The position numbers and the translations under genes were made by a program. The notes beneath the pieces were generated by a model. That model saw only the letters and a program-made list of their open reading frames with translations, made no database searches and was not told the DNA's origin. Positions 26,002 to 36,603 of a DNA stretch of 64,000 nt are shown here, one piece after another; within the stretch, counting starts at the first letter, position 1, and each line of letters opens with the position of its first letter. The DNA comes from a virus: positions 96,001 through 160,000 of the IMG/VR virus record IMGVR_UViG_3300032323_001387. The stretch is one strand, 5' to 3'.

Positions 26002-28395
26002 ATGGCTACTTTAGTATCCCCAGGTGTAGCAGTTAGCGTTACAGATGAAAGCCAATATGGCTCAGCCGGACAAGGCACTGTACCGTTAATTATTCTAGCT
26101 ACAGAAACAAACAAATCAAATGTCAGTGCGTCTGGTTATGCAGAAGGCACAAAACCAGCGAATGCTGCTAAACCTTATCTATTAACTAGTCAAAGAGAGT
26201 TAGTAGAACTTTTTGGTCAACCACAATTCAGCGTTGTCGATGGTACGCCTATACACGGAGCAGAAACAAACGAATATGGTTTATTAGCCGCTTACAGTTA
26301 TTTAGGCATTGCTAATAGAGCATACGTTCTTCGTGCTGATATCGATCTAGCACAATTAGAACCAACTATAGTTGAGCCATCCGGTGCTCCTGCTAATGGA
26401 ACATTTTGGTTTGATTTAACATCAAGTTCTATGGGACTTTTCGAAGCTACTGCTTCTGGTTCTTCAAACTGGGAAGAACAATCTTTAACAATAATCACTG
26501 ATCCATCAGACACTGCTAATGGAGCAGGCCTGCTTCCTGATGCTTCAGTAGGTTCAAATGGTGATTATGCAATAGTAGCTACTAGTGTAGTTGCTAGTTA
26601 TCAAATTTACAAAAAAGTAAGCGGAAGCTGGGTAATTTGTACCAACGTTGCATTAAGCAAAACAGTATTCGCTAGCCCACACTACACTATACCTACGTCA
26701 ACAGCAGCTGGCGATTTATGGATCAAAACAACAAATCCAAATAATGGTTTGAAAGTTATTGTTAAAAAGTATGTAGCTGGCAATTTACCTGCTAAGAGTC
26801 CATGGGTAACACAAAGCGTTTCTAGCTATGCATCAGATTCTGCTGCAACTACAGGCTTTGGTGCTGCACTATCAGCTGGAAAAATTTACGCAAGAGTTAG
26901 TGCTGGTTCTGCTAATATTGCACTAAGAATATATGATGGTTCTAATTGGACATCTTTAGATGAACAAGCCGGTATAGACGCACCACGTGGCGAAACAGCA
27001 GACGGTGCATTATGGTATAACACTGATTTAATGGCAGACTTGTATATTAAATCAAATGGCAACTGGGAACCACTTACTGCTAATATTACCATTGATTCTA
27101 CTTCACCTAGCTCTCCAGCAGCAGGCGACGTTTGGATTGATAGTAGCGATGTAGAGAATTATCCTCGTATCCAACAATTCGACGGTTCAACATGGGTAGA
27201 GCGCGACGTAGCAGATCAAACTACACCAAACGGTGTTGTGTTTGCTGACCTAACTAACGTGGCATCTGATACAAGTAACAACGGCGGCGCAACACCAGTA
27301 GATAATGAAGCTCCAGATCCGTTACTATATCCAGATGGCATTATCTTATGGAATAGCATGGTAAGCACAGGTAACGTCAAGCGTTATGATGCCACAAATG
27401 ATGTATGGAACACATACAGCGGCAACATGACAGACGGTCGTCCATTCATGTTACGTAAGGCACAGCGTCAAGCAGTAGTTAAAGCAATGCAAGCGGCTGT
27501 GAATTCAAACACACAGATTCGTGAAGAAACAACTTTCTTTACATTGATTGCTGCTCCTGGTTATCCTGAACTATTAGACGAAATGGTTTCATTGAACACA
27601 GATCGTAAAGAAACTGGTTTCATTATCGTTGATACACCATTCCGTTTACGTCCACAAGGTCAAGAACTAATTAACTGGATGACAGGTAACAATGCAACAG
27701 TTAACGGCGAAGCTGGTATTATTACTGCAACTAATACAGCAGCAGCTTACTATCCAAGCGGTATTACTAGCGATTTAAATGGCAACGATGTTGTTGTCCC
27801 TGCAAGTCATATCGTATTACGCACAATGGCGTACAACGACCAAGTTGCTTATCCTTGGTTTGCACCGGCTGGTTTAACACGTGGTGTCGTAACAAACGCA
27901 AGTAACGTTGGTTACATTAACAACGAAGGTGAATTTATTCCAGTAGCACTAACAAACGGCCAACGTGACACATTGTATGGTGATGGTAGCAGAGTTGGTA
28001 TTAACCCAATCGCACGTTTCCCAGGACAAGGTTTATATGTGTTCGGTCAGCGTACACTACAAAGTTTTGCCAGCGCACTAGATCGCGTAAACGTTGCTCG
28101 TTTAATTGCATACTTGCGTGAACGTTTTGATCCTTTAGCAAGACCATTTATCTTTGAACCTAATGATAGAATTACTCGTGCTAATGCTAAACAAGTATTC
28201 GATGGCTTCTTGTCTGACTTGCTTGGCAAACGAGCAATTTATGATTACATCGTTGTTTGTGACGAAACAAACAACACACCTGCCAAGATTGACAGAAACG
28301 AATTATACATTGATGTAGCTATTGAGCCAGTTAAAGCGGCTGAATTTATCTACATTCCAATTCGTGTAGTCAACACCGGCGAGTTATCAGCCTGA
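26002..28395 (+). CDS. gp18: Tail sheath protein (gp18-like) with inserted domains
   Basis: LVSPGV, PWFAPAG..RG, G.RTL, LDR.NV.RL, FEPND, IEPVKA.EFI. Confidence 0.95.
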   Translation: MATLVSPGVAVSVTDESQYGSAGQGTVPLIILATETNKSNVSASGYAEGTKPANAAKPYLLTSQRELVELFGQPQFSVVDGTPIHGAETNEYGLLAAYSYLGIANRAYVLRADIDLAQLEPTIVEPSGAPANGTFWFDLTSSSMGLFEATASGSSNWEEQSLTIITDPSDTANGAGLLPDASVGSNGDYAIVATSVVASYQIYKKVSGSWVICTNVALSKTVFASPHYTIPTSTAAGDLWIKTTNPNNGLKVIVKKYVAGNLPAKSPWVTQSVSSYASDSAATTGFGAALSAGKIYARVSAGSANIALRIYDGSNWTSLDEQAGIDAPRGETADGALWYNTDLMADLYIKSNGNWEPLTANITIDSTSPSSPAAGDVWIDSSDVENYPRIQQFDGSTWVERDVADQTTPNGVVFADLTNVASDTSNNGGATPVDNEAPDPLLYPDGIILWNSMVSTGNVKRYDATNDVWNTYSGNMTDGRPFMLRKAQRQAVVKAMQAAVNSNTQIREETTFFTLIAAPGYPELLDEMVSLNTDRKETGFIIVDTPFRLRPQGQELINWMTGNNATVNGEAGIITATNTAAAYYPSGITSDLNGNDVVVPASHIVLRTMAYNDQVAYPWFAPAGLTRGVVTNASNVGYINNEGEFIPVALTNGQRDTLYGDGSRVGINPIARFPGQGLYVFGQRTLQSFASALDRVNVARLIAYLRERFDPLARPFIFEPNDRITRANAKQVFDGFLSDLLGKRAIYDYIVVCDETNNTPAKIDRNELYIDVAIEPVKAAEFIYIPIRVVNTGELSA

Positions 28396-28423
28396 TAAAT
28401 AACATAGCCCAAGGAGAATACAC

Positions 28424-29044
28424 ATGGCAGATTTAACAAAATTTGGAGTTCCTACAGCAGGCCTAGGCGGTGATAACGCTATGGTTATGCCGAAACTTCA
28501 ATATCGATTCAGAGTTATTGCTTATAACTTTGGTCGCGAAGGCGGCACAACAGTTGCACTTACTCAAAACGTAGTAAGTGTAACTAGACCAAGCATAACG
28601 CACGACGAAATTACATTAGATGCATACAACAGCAAGGCTTATCTTGCTGGCAAGCATACATGGGAACCAGTTACATTGACATTACGTGATGATATCAATG
28701 GTACAGTAACCAAGCACGTAGCCAGCCAATTGCAAAAACAACTTAATCAAGGACAACAAAGTGCTCCAGTAGCCGGCCGTGATTATAAGTTTGGTCTTGT
28801 AATTGAACAATTAGACGGAAGTCAGCCAGGCGTAGTAATTGAGACATGGAGCATGAACGGATGCTTTATTCAAAATGCTAACTATGGTGAGAACAACTAT
28901 TCTACAAGTGACGTAATGACTATCACATTGCAAATCCGCTTTGATGCTGCTGATATCCATGACACTCAAGTTGAGTCCGCTACTACAACAGGCGGCTTAA
29001 CTACTGGCGTTATGGCAATTGGCGCAGGCAACAGCGCAATTTAA
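28424..29044 (+). CDS. gp19: Tail tube protein (gp19-like)
   Basis: Follows the sheath; PKL.YRFRV, AGK..W..V.LTLRDD, W...GCF. Confidence 0.88.
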   Translation: MADLTKFGVPTAGLGGDNAMVMPKLQYRFRVIAYNFGREGGTTVALTQNVVSVTRPSITHDEITLDAYNSKAYLAGKHTWEPVTLTLRDDINGTVTKHVASQLQKQLNQGQQSAPVAGRDYKFGLVIEQLDGSQPGVVIETWSMNGCFIQNANYGENNYSTSDVMTITLQIRFDAADIHDTQVESATTTGGLTTGVMAIGAGNSAI

Positions 29045-29053
29045 AGGTAGTAA

Positions 29054-29923
29054 ATGGCGGCATTAACTGACGCACAGAAATGGTACGGTTTATTAGGCGA
29101 GCAAAAAGCTGCTCGCCTAAAGTATCATTTTAAAGTAGAATTCTTTAGTAGTCAATATCAAGCTCCTACGGCCAAGGCCCCAGCGTTGCAGGGTCCGGCA
29201 CGATTAATATTTGATTGCATAAGATCGGTTGAGCTACCGAAATATAGTGTTGAAACAGAAGTTGCAAATTCGTGGAATATAAGACATCACGTACCTACAA
29301 GAATAAATTTTGAACCTGTTAGTATTTCATTTACAGATACATTAGATAATAGGTTTATGAATTTCATCAAAGCATACATGGGCATTATCAGTAACAGTTT
29401 TCAACCTGCCAAAGAAAGTTTTCGTACTGGTTTTGGTGATACTCCTTTTGGTGTTAAATTATTAGACACCGGAAAAGATGCTCCAATAGATAAGATTGAG
29501 ATAACACAATTCTATGGTTCTGATAATACAAGAACAATAACATTGTGGCGTCCAAAAATAGTTGACGTACAGCATGATACTATAGATTACAGCGCCAGCG
29601 AAGCAGTAACTTGGCAAATTGGTTTTAGATACGAAAGCGTGACCTACGACGATGGCAAAACAGCTGGAGCTCAAAAGTCAGAAAAAACACAACAGCAAAC
29701 AGCAAGTAATCCAAATGCCCAGGCATTTATAAAACAAGCACAAGATCAAGTAGCCTTAAATCAAAAAATGGCACAAGATCAAATCAAAGCATCTGAGACA
29801 GCAGTTAATCTTCCAGCTGCTTCTTTAAATGGATTGTCATTTAAAGAAGCAAGTGCTATCGCCAATGCTAGAGCTAATAATGCTATTGGTGGCAGAGATC
29901 GCGGAACTAGAGGTGGCGTATAA
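29054..29923 (+). CDS. Tail tube-like baseplate initiator (gp54/gp48-like)
   Basis: Tube-fold pattern (V.LP, PV.I.F.D, DY, F.YE) directly after the tube gene. Confidence 0.65.
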   Translation: MAALTDAQKWYGLLGEQKAARLKYHFKVEFFSSQYQAPTAKAPALQGPARLIFDCIRSVELPKYSVETEVANSWNIRHHVPTRINFEPVSISFTDTLDNRFMNFIKAYMGIISNSFQPAKESFRTGFGDTPFGVKLLDTGKDAPIDKIEITQFYGSDNTRTITLWRPKIVDVQHDTIDYSASEAVTWQIGFRYESVTYDDGKTAGAQKSEKTQQQTASNPNAQAFIKQAQDQVALNQKMAQDQIKASETAVNLPAASLNGLSFKEASAIANARANNAIGGRDRGTRGGV

Positions 29924-30201
29924 TGTCATTAGAAACAAACAAATACGATATAATATACGGTAGATTGCTACATTTAAATTTTACACCAACACACGCCAAA
30001 GGTTTGGCAAAAGTGTTGTATGATGTTACTGAACAATATGGCTTCAGTGTAAATCATGTGCTACAACATGTGGACAGCAATGGTATTAGATTTGATAATG
30101 AAATTTATGATGCACTGAATAAAGCAAGAACAAATAGCAGTCAAATTGGTTACATGGACAGAGAATACATACCGCCTGCAATATTACAGCAGGTGGCTTA
30201 A
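29923..30201 (+). CDS. Hypothetical protein
   Basis: 92 aa, coupled on both sides (TAATG). Confidence 0.65.
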   Translation: MSLETNKYDIIYGRLLHLNFTPTHAKGLAKVLYDVTEQYGFSVNHVLQHVDSNGIRFDNEIYDALNKARTNSSQIGYMDREYIPPAILQQVA

Positions 30202-30671
30202 TGGCTAATAATTATAGTCAAGGGTATTTTGCACCAGAAAACCCAAGCAAGTATATAGGCAGCAATCGTCCCAAATATAGAAGCGGCTGGGAATTAACAG
30301 TAATGCGTTTCTGCGACAACCATCCTGCGGTTATAGCATGGGCCAGCGAAAGCCTGCGAGTGCCATATCGTAATCCTTTTACAGGCAAGGAAACGTTTTA
30401 TGTGCCCGACTTTCTTATAACTTACCAAGACAAAAACGGTAATAAAATCAGTGAAGTGATTGAAGTCAAACCACGCAATCAAGCAGTGCTTGAAATGGCT
30501 AAAACACAGCAAGAAAAAGCCGCAGTAGTATTAAACATGGCAAAATGGGAAGCCGCTAGAGCATGGTGCCAACGACATGGAATGAAGTTTAGAATACTCA
30601 CTGAAGAAGATATATACAATAACTGGGGAGCAAAAAGCAAACCCAAAACAACAAGAGCAAAAAGAAGATGA
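30201..30671 (+). CDS. gp4: Head completion nuclease (T4 gp4-like, TnsA-type)
   Basis: P.NP.KY.G, YRS.WE, W.SE...PY, Y.PDF, EVKP, N.AKW.AA. Confidence 0.9.
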   Translation: MANNYSQGYFAPENPSKYIGSNRPKYRSGWELTVMRFCDNHPAVIAWASESLRVPYRNPFTGKETFYVPDFLITYQDKNGNKISEVIEVKPRNQAVLEMAKTQQEKAAVVLNMAKWEAARAWCQRHGMKFRILTEEDIYNNWGAKSKPKTTRAKRR

Positions 30672-31183
30672 CTAAAAAGTTAGAAGATTTTTTTAATGTA
30701 GATTCTATAGAACCGGATCGTAATGACAGCGTAGCTGAAGATCAGCAGTTATTACCCGTTGCTGAAATAGTGCCAATGTCAGATGCATTAACTAAAATCA
30801 AAGACCAACTCAGTGTTGCTGCTAAAATAGATGAAGCATTGCCGCAAGTCAAAGGATTGGAAACAGAAGATCATGCATTAGATGATTACGCCAATCAAGC
30901 CATGGAACAATTTGCTAGATTAATGGATTTGGGATTCAATGTTGATGACAGAAATGCCGGCAAAATATTCGAAGTTGCTAGTACTATGATGGGCAATGCT
31001 ATTACAGCAAAAACAACTAAGCTAGACAAGAAGCTTAAGATGATTGAACTACAGTTAAAACTAGCAAAATTGCAAAAGGACTTGGGCAAAGATGACACCG
31101 GAGACGGAGATAAGCCCACAGAACTTACCACAGACCGTAATGCTATCCTTAACTTAATCAATCAGAACTTAAAGAACAAATGA
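30668..31183 (+). CDS. Putative terminase small subunit (gp16-like)
   Basis: Helical R...IFEVA..MM segment plus coiled coil; upstream of the large terminase. Confidence 0.5.
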   Translation: MTKKLEDFFNVDSIEPDRNDSVAEDQQLLPVAEIVPMSDALTKIKDQLSVAAKIDEALPQVKGLETEDHALDDYANQAMEQFARLMDLGFNVDDRNAGKIFEVASTMMGNAITAKTTKLDKKLKMIELQLKLAKLQKDLGKDDTGDGDKPTELTTDRNAILNLINQNLKNK

Positions 31184-31211
31184 ATTGATAAATAATGTAT
31201 CGGAGATTACA

Positions 31212-31856
31212 ATGAAGACTCTATTAGAATACATAGAAACATTACAGCAAAAACACGATGTTCGCATTAAATTAGCCTGCGAATGTACTGATGAACTTTG
31301 CGACAAAATTGAAAAGCATCTAGAAAAATATGATGCAGAAAAAATTACTCGTCCTAGTAAAACAATACTAATGAGACGTCCTTTAGACTTTCCTAACTTG
31401 GATATGGCGGAAGTTTATATCATTGACTTCACATCCAATTTGCCAGTTAGTCCAGAAATGCTAAAGCAAGAACTAGCAAAACTGTTAAACATCAATGAAG
31501 GACTTGTTGTTGTTCGTATGGCCAATGAGCCACGTGAGATTGAAGCACAGAACGACGAAGAAGCAGAAAAGTTTAAAGTTAAAGACGAAGAATATAAAGC
31601 TAAGATTGGCACTGACTATGACAAGAGCGAAAAGTCTGACGTTAAAGCAGAAGATCTTTATGGCGACAAGTACAATACTAAGTTCTTAAAAGAATTGAAA
31701 AAATTAAGCGACGAACGCAAAAAAGAAACTAAAGCACCTAAGGTTATCAAGGATCCAGATGTTCCTGCAACTGAGCCTGAAATAGGTGACAGCAAAGCGA
31801 CTAATAAAAAGAGTCCGGTGCGAACATTTACAGCCCCAGCGGGTAAAGGAAACTAA
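31212..31856 (+). CDS. Probable head/internal protein
   Basis: TAAATA and GGAG SD; MKTLLEYIE N-terminus resembles the T4 capsid-targeting sequence. Confidence 0.6.
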   Translation: MKTLLEYIETLQQKHDVRIKLACECTDELCDKIEKHLEKYDAEKITRPSKTILMRRPLDFPNLDMAEVYIIDFTSNLPVSPEMLKQELAKLLNINEGLVVVRMANEPREIEAQNDEEAEKFKVKDEEYKAKIGTDYDKSEKSDVKAEDLYGDKYNTKFLKELKKLSDERKKETKAPKVIKDPDVPATEPEIGDSKATNKKSPVRTFTAPAGKGN

Positions 31857-31858
31857 TC

Positions 31859-32617
31859 ATGGATTTAGCAAGACTAATGAGCAAATTAAACGCAATCGGT
31901 GGCATGCAAGGCGCAGTCACTGAAGCTGAAGAAGAAAAATGCACAGACTGTGGCAAAGCTCACGAAGGTGACTGTGCAGTCGAAGAAGCTAAAAAGCCAG
32001 ATTTCATCGATGCAGATGACGATGGTAATAAAACAGAGCCTATGTCAGATGCTCTTAAAGACAAAGAAGAAGTTAAAGAAACTGATTCATTATCAGCAAT
32101 GCGTAAACTTGCAGGCATCACAGAGTGTGGCGAAGAATATGCCGACATGAGTCCGATGTCAGTAACTGGTACGGAAGCACCTGGCATGGGTGTACCTGCT
32201 CAAGTAATGGGCATGGATACATCAACTAGTGATGCTGGTTTAAAAGCAAAGTATACATTAAGTATTCAAAATGGTGAAAACAATTTACAAATGACAACAG
32301 ACATGCCTGATGAGATTATTCACATCATGAAGCTAGCTGGTGTTAACAAAGATGCCGAAGTAACTAAAACGGCTGCACCACAAGAAGAACAAGCTAAAGC
32401 TCCTAAGCAAGAAGTAGAAGAAGAATGGGGCAATACTCCTGCTCAAACTAAAGAGCGTGATCCAAAAGCCTATGGCGATATCCGTGACTGGGGTATGAAA
32501 GGCACAGGAGCTGGTAAGCCAGGCAGTGCAATGAACAAGCCATCTGGACAAGGTGATAATCCATTAGGCGAACAGGCAATGATGGAAGCTTACAAAAAAT
32601 TTAAAGCAGGCAAATGA
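31859..32617 (+). CDS. Acidic probable head/core protein
   Basis: 252 aa; many xxE sites; two KLAG[IV] motifs; DFIDADDDGNKTE EF-hand-like segment. Confidence 0.6.
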   Translation: MDLARLMSKLNAIGGMQGAVTEAEEEKCTDCGKAHEGDCAVEEAKKPDFIDADDDGNKTEPMSDALKDKEEVKETDSLSAMRKLAGITECGEEYADMSPMSVTGTEAPGMGVPAQVMGMDTSTSDAGLKAKYTLSIQNGENNLQMTTDMPDEIIHIMKLAGVNKDAEVTKTAAPQEEQAKAPKQEVEEEWGNTPAQTKERDPKAYGDIRDWGMKGTGAGKPGSAMNKPSGQGDNPLGEQAMMEAYKKFKAGK

Positions 32618-34149
32618 GCGGCACCCCGGTTTTAGTTAAACAAGCCTATAAAAAAGAAAATTACACAGAGCATCAGATAACAGAGATTGTAAAATCTGCT
32701 ACTGATCCTGTGTATTTTATTCAAGAGTACATGTGGGTGCAACACCCAACAAAAGGCCGTGTCAGGTTTCATTTGTACGATTATCAAGTAGACTTAATTA
32801 AATGCTATCATGAAAATCGTTATAGCATTAACATGCTTGGTAGACAGATGGGTAAATCAACTTGTGCCGCAGGTTACTTGCTATGGTACGCTATGTTCGT
32901 GCCAGACAGTACAATTCTAATTGCCGCACACAAATATACTGGTTCTCAAGAAATTATGCAACGTGTTCGTTTCATGTATGAGAACTTGCCTGAATGGATC
33001 AAAGCAGGTGCTACTAGCTATAACAAAGGTAGCATAGACTTTGATAACGGGTCACGTATTGTCAGTGCCACAACAACAGAAAATACTGGTCGTGGTATGT
33101 CTATCACGCTGGTATACTTAGACGAGTTTGCCTTCGTTCCACCTCGCATTGCCAAAGAGTTTTGGACAGCATTGAGTCCGACGCTAGCAACAGGTGGTAA
33201 GTGTATTATCACAAGCACACCTAACCAAGACAATGACCAATTCGCACAAATTTGGAATGAAGCCAATAAAAAGACAGATGCTTTTGGCAACCCAAGTAAT
33301 GTAGGTAAGAATGGCTTTGCCAGTATATCCTATATATGGAGTGACCATCCAGATAGAGATGAAAAATGGGGCGACACTGAGCGTAGTAAAATCGGCGAAG
33401 AACGTTTCCTCCGAGAGCATGAATGTATATTCATTACCGCAGATGAGACATTGGTTAGCAGTATGATGTTAACTGGCATGACTGGCATAGATCCTATTAA
33501 TAAAATCGGACAAATACGAATCTATGACCGTATTATGACAGATAATATGTATGTTGTTGCATGGGATCCTAGTTTAGGTACAGGCAGCGATCCAGCAGCC
33601 ATTGAAATTTTTAGATTACCAGATCTTGTGCAAGTAGCAGAATGGCAGCACAATAAAACAGATGTGCGCGGCCAGTTGCGTATGCTTATAACTATACTAG
33701 AATATCTGCGTGAAAATGGCGTCGCCAATGACCAAATTTATTGGAGCGTGGAAAACAATACACTGGGGGAAGCTGCATTGGTTGCTATTACAGAGTATGG
33801 AGAAGAACGTATTCCTGGATACTTTATCAGCGAACCAGGAGGCAAACGTCGTGGCTTTAATACGACAAATAAAAGTAAACTTGCCGCATGTACTAAGTTA
33901 AAGTATTATATCGAAAGCGGTAAAATGACTCCAAAGAGCAAGAATTTAATACAAGAACTAAAAACCTTTGTTGCTCATGGTGCTAGCTTTGCTGCCAAAG
34001 AAGGCGAAACAGATGACTTGGTTATGGGTACAATTCTAGCAGTTAGACTCATTGAGCATTTAATGAAATACGATGAGCAAACGTATAACAAGCTAGTAGA
34101 GCGCGGCAGTGGCGATTTTATTGCTCCTATGCCAATTGGAATAATTTAA
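32614..34149 (+). CDS. gp17: Terminase large subunit (gp17-like)
   Basis: RQMGKS, YLDEFAF, ITSTP, WDPS.G, E.N..G, DDLVM. Confidence 0.96.
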   Translation: MSGTPVLVKQAYKKENYTEHQITEIVKSATDPVYFIQEYMWVQHPTKGRVRFHLYDYQVDLIKCYHENRYSINMLGRQMGKSTCAAGYLLWYAMFVPDSTILIAAHKYTGSQEIMQRVRFMYENLPEWIKAGATSYNKGSIDFDNGSRIVSATTTENTGRGMSITLVYLDEFAFVPPRIAKEFWTALSPTLATGGKCIITSTPNQDNDQFAQIWNEANKKTDAFGNPSNVGKNGFASISYIWSDHPDRDEKWGDTERSKIGEERFLREHECIFITADETLVSSMMLTGMTGIDPINKIGQIRIYDRIMTDNMYVVAWDPSLGTGSDPAAIEIFRLPDLVQVAEWQHNKTDVRGQLRMLITILEYLRENGVANDQIYWSVENNTLGEAALVAITEYGEERIPGYFISEPGGKRRGFNTTNKSKLAACTKLKYYIESGKMTPKSKNLIQELKTFVAHGASFAAKEGETDDLVMGTILAVRLIEHLMKYDEQTYNKLVERGSGDFIAPMPIGII

Positions 34150-34170
34150 TTAAAATAGGTAAATATATAC

Positions 34171-35433
34171 ATGGCGATTGATTATAATACTATAGCTGAT
34201 AGAGTGTTTGACCAACTCAAAGGATTTGGTTATAGCATTACTATGAATGATAAAAGTGGCAAACAAACTGCCACTGCTACAAAAGCAAGATACTTTTATA
34301 GTACAGATGAAAAGTTTACAATTATCATCGACGAAAAAGAACGAGTAATAAAAATCAAATATGGTGATAATACGGATCGCGAAAGATTAAACAAATTAGA
34401 AAATACCATACGCAATGGTATTGCAAAGAAATTCGTTATGGGCGTAGATTTAATGCCCTATACAGGTAAAAATATTGAACCAAAGGATGTAGAGAACATG
34501 GCAAGAGTACAAGAAAGTTTAAGCCCAGTACAAGGGTCAATGAAAACTAGCTATCAACAAACTGATGGCGCTAAACTAATCATTCGTCACAGCAAGCCTG
34601 TTAACGAAGAAGTAATGGGCAGTAGAAGCCGTAACATCAGAGCATTGTTTATTGAAAACGCTCAAGGTGAACGCTTCCGTTATCCACAAATCCATTTGGC
34701 AGGTGCTCGCACAATGACTCGTCACGTTGCTGAAGGTGGTACACCTTATGATGAAGTCGGACAAAAGATTATCGGCCTAAGCGAAGAGCGTAGTCAACTA
34801 ATGCAAGTTGCTCGTTATATTAGAAGTCAAGGTTTACAAGAACAGGCCAACGATGTACAGTTTGCAGTTACTGGCCGTTTAAATGAAATTAAAGATTTAT
34901 TGGGTCGTTATAACACTGATCGCTTGATGAGTGATGTACACGAACAAGATGAAAATGATCTGGACGCACTAAAAGAAAAACTAACTAAAAACGTATTTGA
35001 CGAAACTATTGGCTCAATGTTACCAAAACTAAATGGCTACTTAAAAGAATACCAAGCAAAAATGGAAGCAACTCAGGCATTTGATTCATTAAAACAGCAA
35101 GTAGAAGAAAGTTCTACTATTGCTGTAAGTGCGATTCCAGACTTAGATTTTACAAGTATGATTGTTTACGAAAGCCCAACAGTTAATACGTCACAGTTAA
35201 TTAATTTGGTACTTCCTGTTTTGGAAGACGACACAATTAAAAACCAATTAACTCGTGTAGCAGAAGGCGTGGCAAAAGGTCATTTAGATCCAATGGCAGT
35301 AGAAAATCTAACTCGCAGTATTATTGGTAAGAGTAGTAAGCAAACAGCAACATTTGAAGATAGCCGTTTTGAAATTGGCGCTATGTTCGAAAGTGCTTTG
35401 AAGAAATACTCCCTAGAAGAAATATTGAAATAA
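34171..35433 (+). CDS. Conserved-looking late/structural protein
   Basis: 420 aa; TAAATA 5 nt before ATG; RSR.I..LFIEN..GERF.YP..HL.GAR.M.RH. Confidence 0.65.
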   Translation: MAIDYNTIADRVFDQLKGFGYSITMNDKSGKQTATATKARYFYSTDEKFTIIIDEKERVIKIKYGDNTDRERLNKLENTIRNGIAKKFVMGVDLMPYTGKNIEPKDVENMARVQESLSPVQGSMKTSYQQTDGAKLIIRHSKPVNEEVMGSRSRNIRALFIENAQGERFRYPQIHLAGARTMTRHVAEGGTPYDEVGQKIIGLSEERSQLMQVARYIRSQGLQEQANDVQFAVTGRLNEIKDLLGRYNTDRLMSDVHEQDENDLDALKEKLTKNVFDETIGSMLPKLNGYLKEYQAKMEATQAFDSLKQQVEESSTIAVSAIPDLDFTSMIVYESPTVNTSQLINLVLPVLEDDTIKNQLTRVAEGVAKGHLDPMAVENLTRSIIGKSSKQTATFEDSRFEIGAMFESALKKYSLEEILK

Positions 35434-35480
35434 AGACTAAATAAATTCAACAGCAATTCATCCAAACGGTAGAATTGCTG

Positions 35481-35510
35481 TTGACGTAACACACAATAGA
35501 GTGTTACAAT
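35481..35510 (+). promoter_or_regulatory. Promoter of gene 32
   Basis: TTGACG-18-TACAAT with TG extension; overlapped by two inverted repeats. Confidence 0.7.
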
Positions 35511-35586
35511 ACGTTCACAGGATGAGAGTATCTTGTGTTCCAGGCAACAAACTTTTTAAACCCTGGCATTTTATAAGGAAAAAATC

Positions 35587-36603
35587 ATGGCAACATTAGC
35601 AGAAATTCGCGCTCGACTACTAGAGCAAGAAAACCGTACAAGCGGTAACAAACAAGGCGGCGGAGGCGACAACGCAATTTTCCCGTTTTGGAACATCCCA
35701 GAAAACAGCACAGCAGTTCTTCGTTTCCTACCAGATGGTGACGACACTAACACATTCCCATGGCGTGAGCGCCAAATGATCCGACTAGAGTTCGGTGGCG
35801 TTAAAGGCGGCGATGAAAGCAAGCGTGTAACAGTTACTGTTCCATGTATGGAAATGTGGAAAGAAACTTGCCCTATCCACGCAGAGATTCGTCCTTGGTT
35901 CAAAGATAAGTCTTTGGAAGACCTAGGTCGTAAATACTGGAAGAAAAAATCTTATGTCTTCCAAGGCTTTGTTGTACAAAGCAGTTTGGCAGAAGAAACA
36001 TTGCCAGAGAATCCAATCCGTAGATTGATTATCAACCCAAGTATCTTTAACATTGTTAAAGGTGCGTTGATGGATCCGGATATGGAAAGTCTGTTCACAG
36101 ACTACGAAAACGGCACAGACTTCCGTTTGACAAAAACAACTAAGGGTCAATATGCAGACTACAGCACAAGTAGTTTTGCTCGCAAAGAGCGTGGCCTTAA
36201 TGAGACAGAACTTGAAGCAATTGCCAAGTATGGTCTTTACAATCTAAATGACTTTATGCCTAAGAAGCCGACTAAAGAAGAAGTTGAAGTCATTTATGAC
36301 ATGTTCAAAGCCAGCGTAGATGGTGAGTTGTATGATCCTAAGCGTTGGGGACAATACTTCAAGCCAGCAGGTGTAAACCTTGGTAACTTGGTTCCGTCTG
36401 GTGTAGCAGATGACGTAGATGCGGCAGAAGCAAGCTTTAAAGCACCTGCACAGGCAGCTCGTCCGGTACCAGTGGCTAAGCCTACTGTGGTAGCAGATGA
36501 TGAAGATGACGCACCTTTTGAAACAGACAACGCTCCTGCACCAGAAGGTAAAAAGAATGTCAACGACATTCTTGCGATGATCCGTAATCGTCAACAAAAG
36601 TAA
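35587..36603 (+). CDS. gp32: Single-stranded DNA-binding protein (T4 gp32-like)
   Basis: LRFLP, C.E...CP, YWKKKSY, YADY..S.F, acidic tail; upstream of uvsX. Confidence 0.92.
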   Translation: MATLAEIRARLLEQENRTSGNKQGGGGDNAIFPFWNIPENSTAVLRFLPDGDDTNTFPWRERQMIRLEFGGVKGGDESKRVTVTVPCMEMWKETCPIHAEIRPWFKDKSLEDLGRKYWKKKSYVFQGFVVQSSLAEETLPENPIRRLIINPSIFNIVKGALMDPDMESLFTDYENGTDFRLTKTTKGQYADYSTSSFARKERGLNETELEAIAKYGLYNLNDFMPKKPTKEEVEVIYDMFKASVDGELYDPKRWGQYFKPAGVNLGNLVPSGVADDVDAAEASFKAPAQAARPVPVAKPTVVADDEDDAPFETDNAPAPEGKKNVNDILAMIRNRQQK

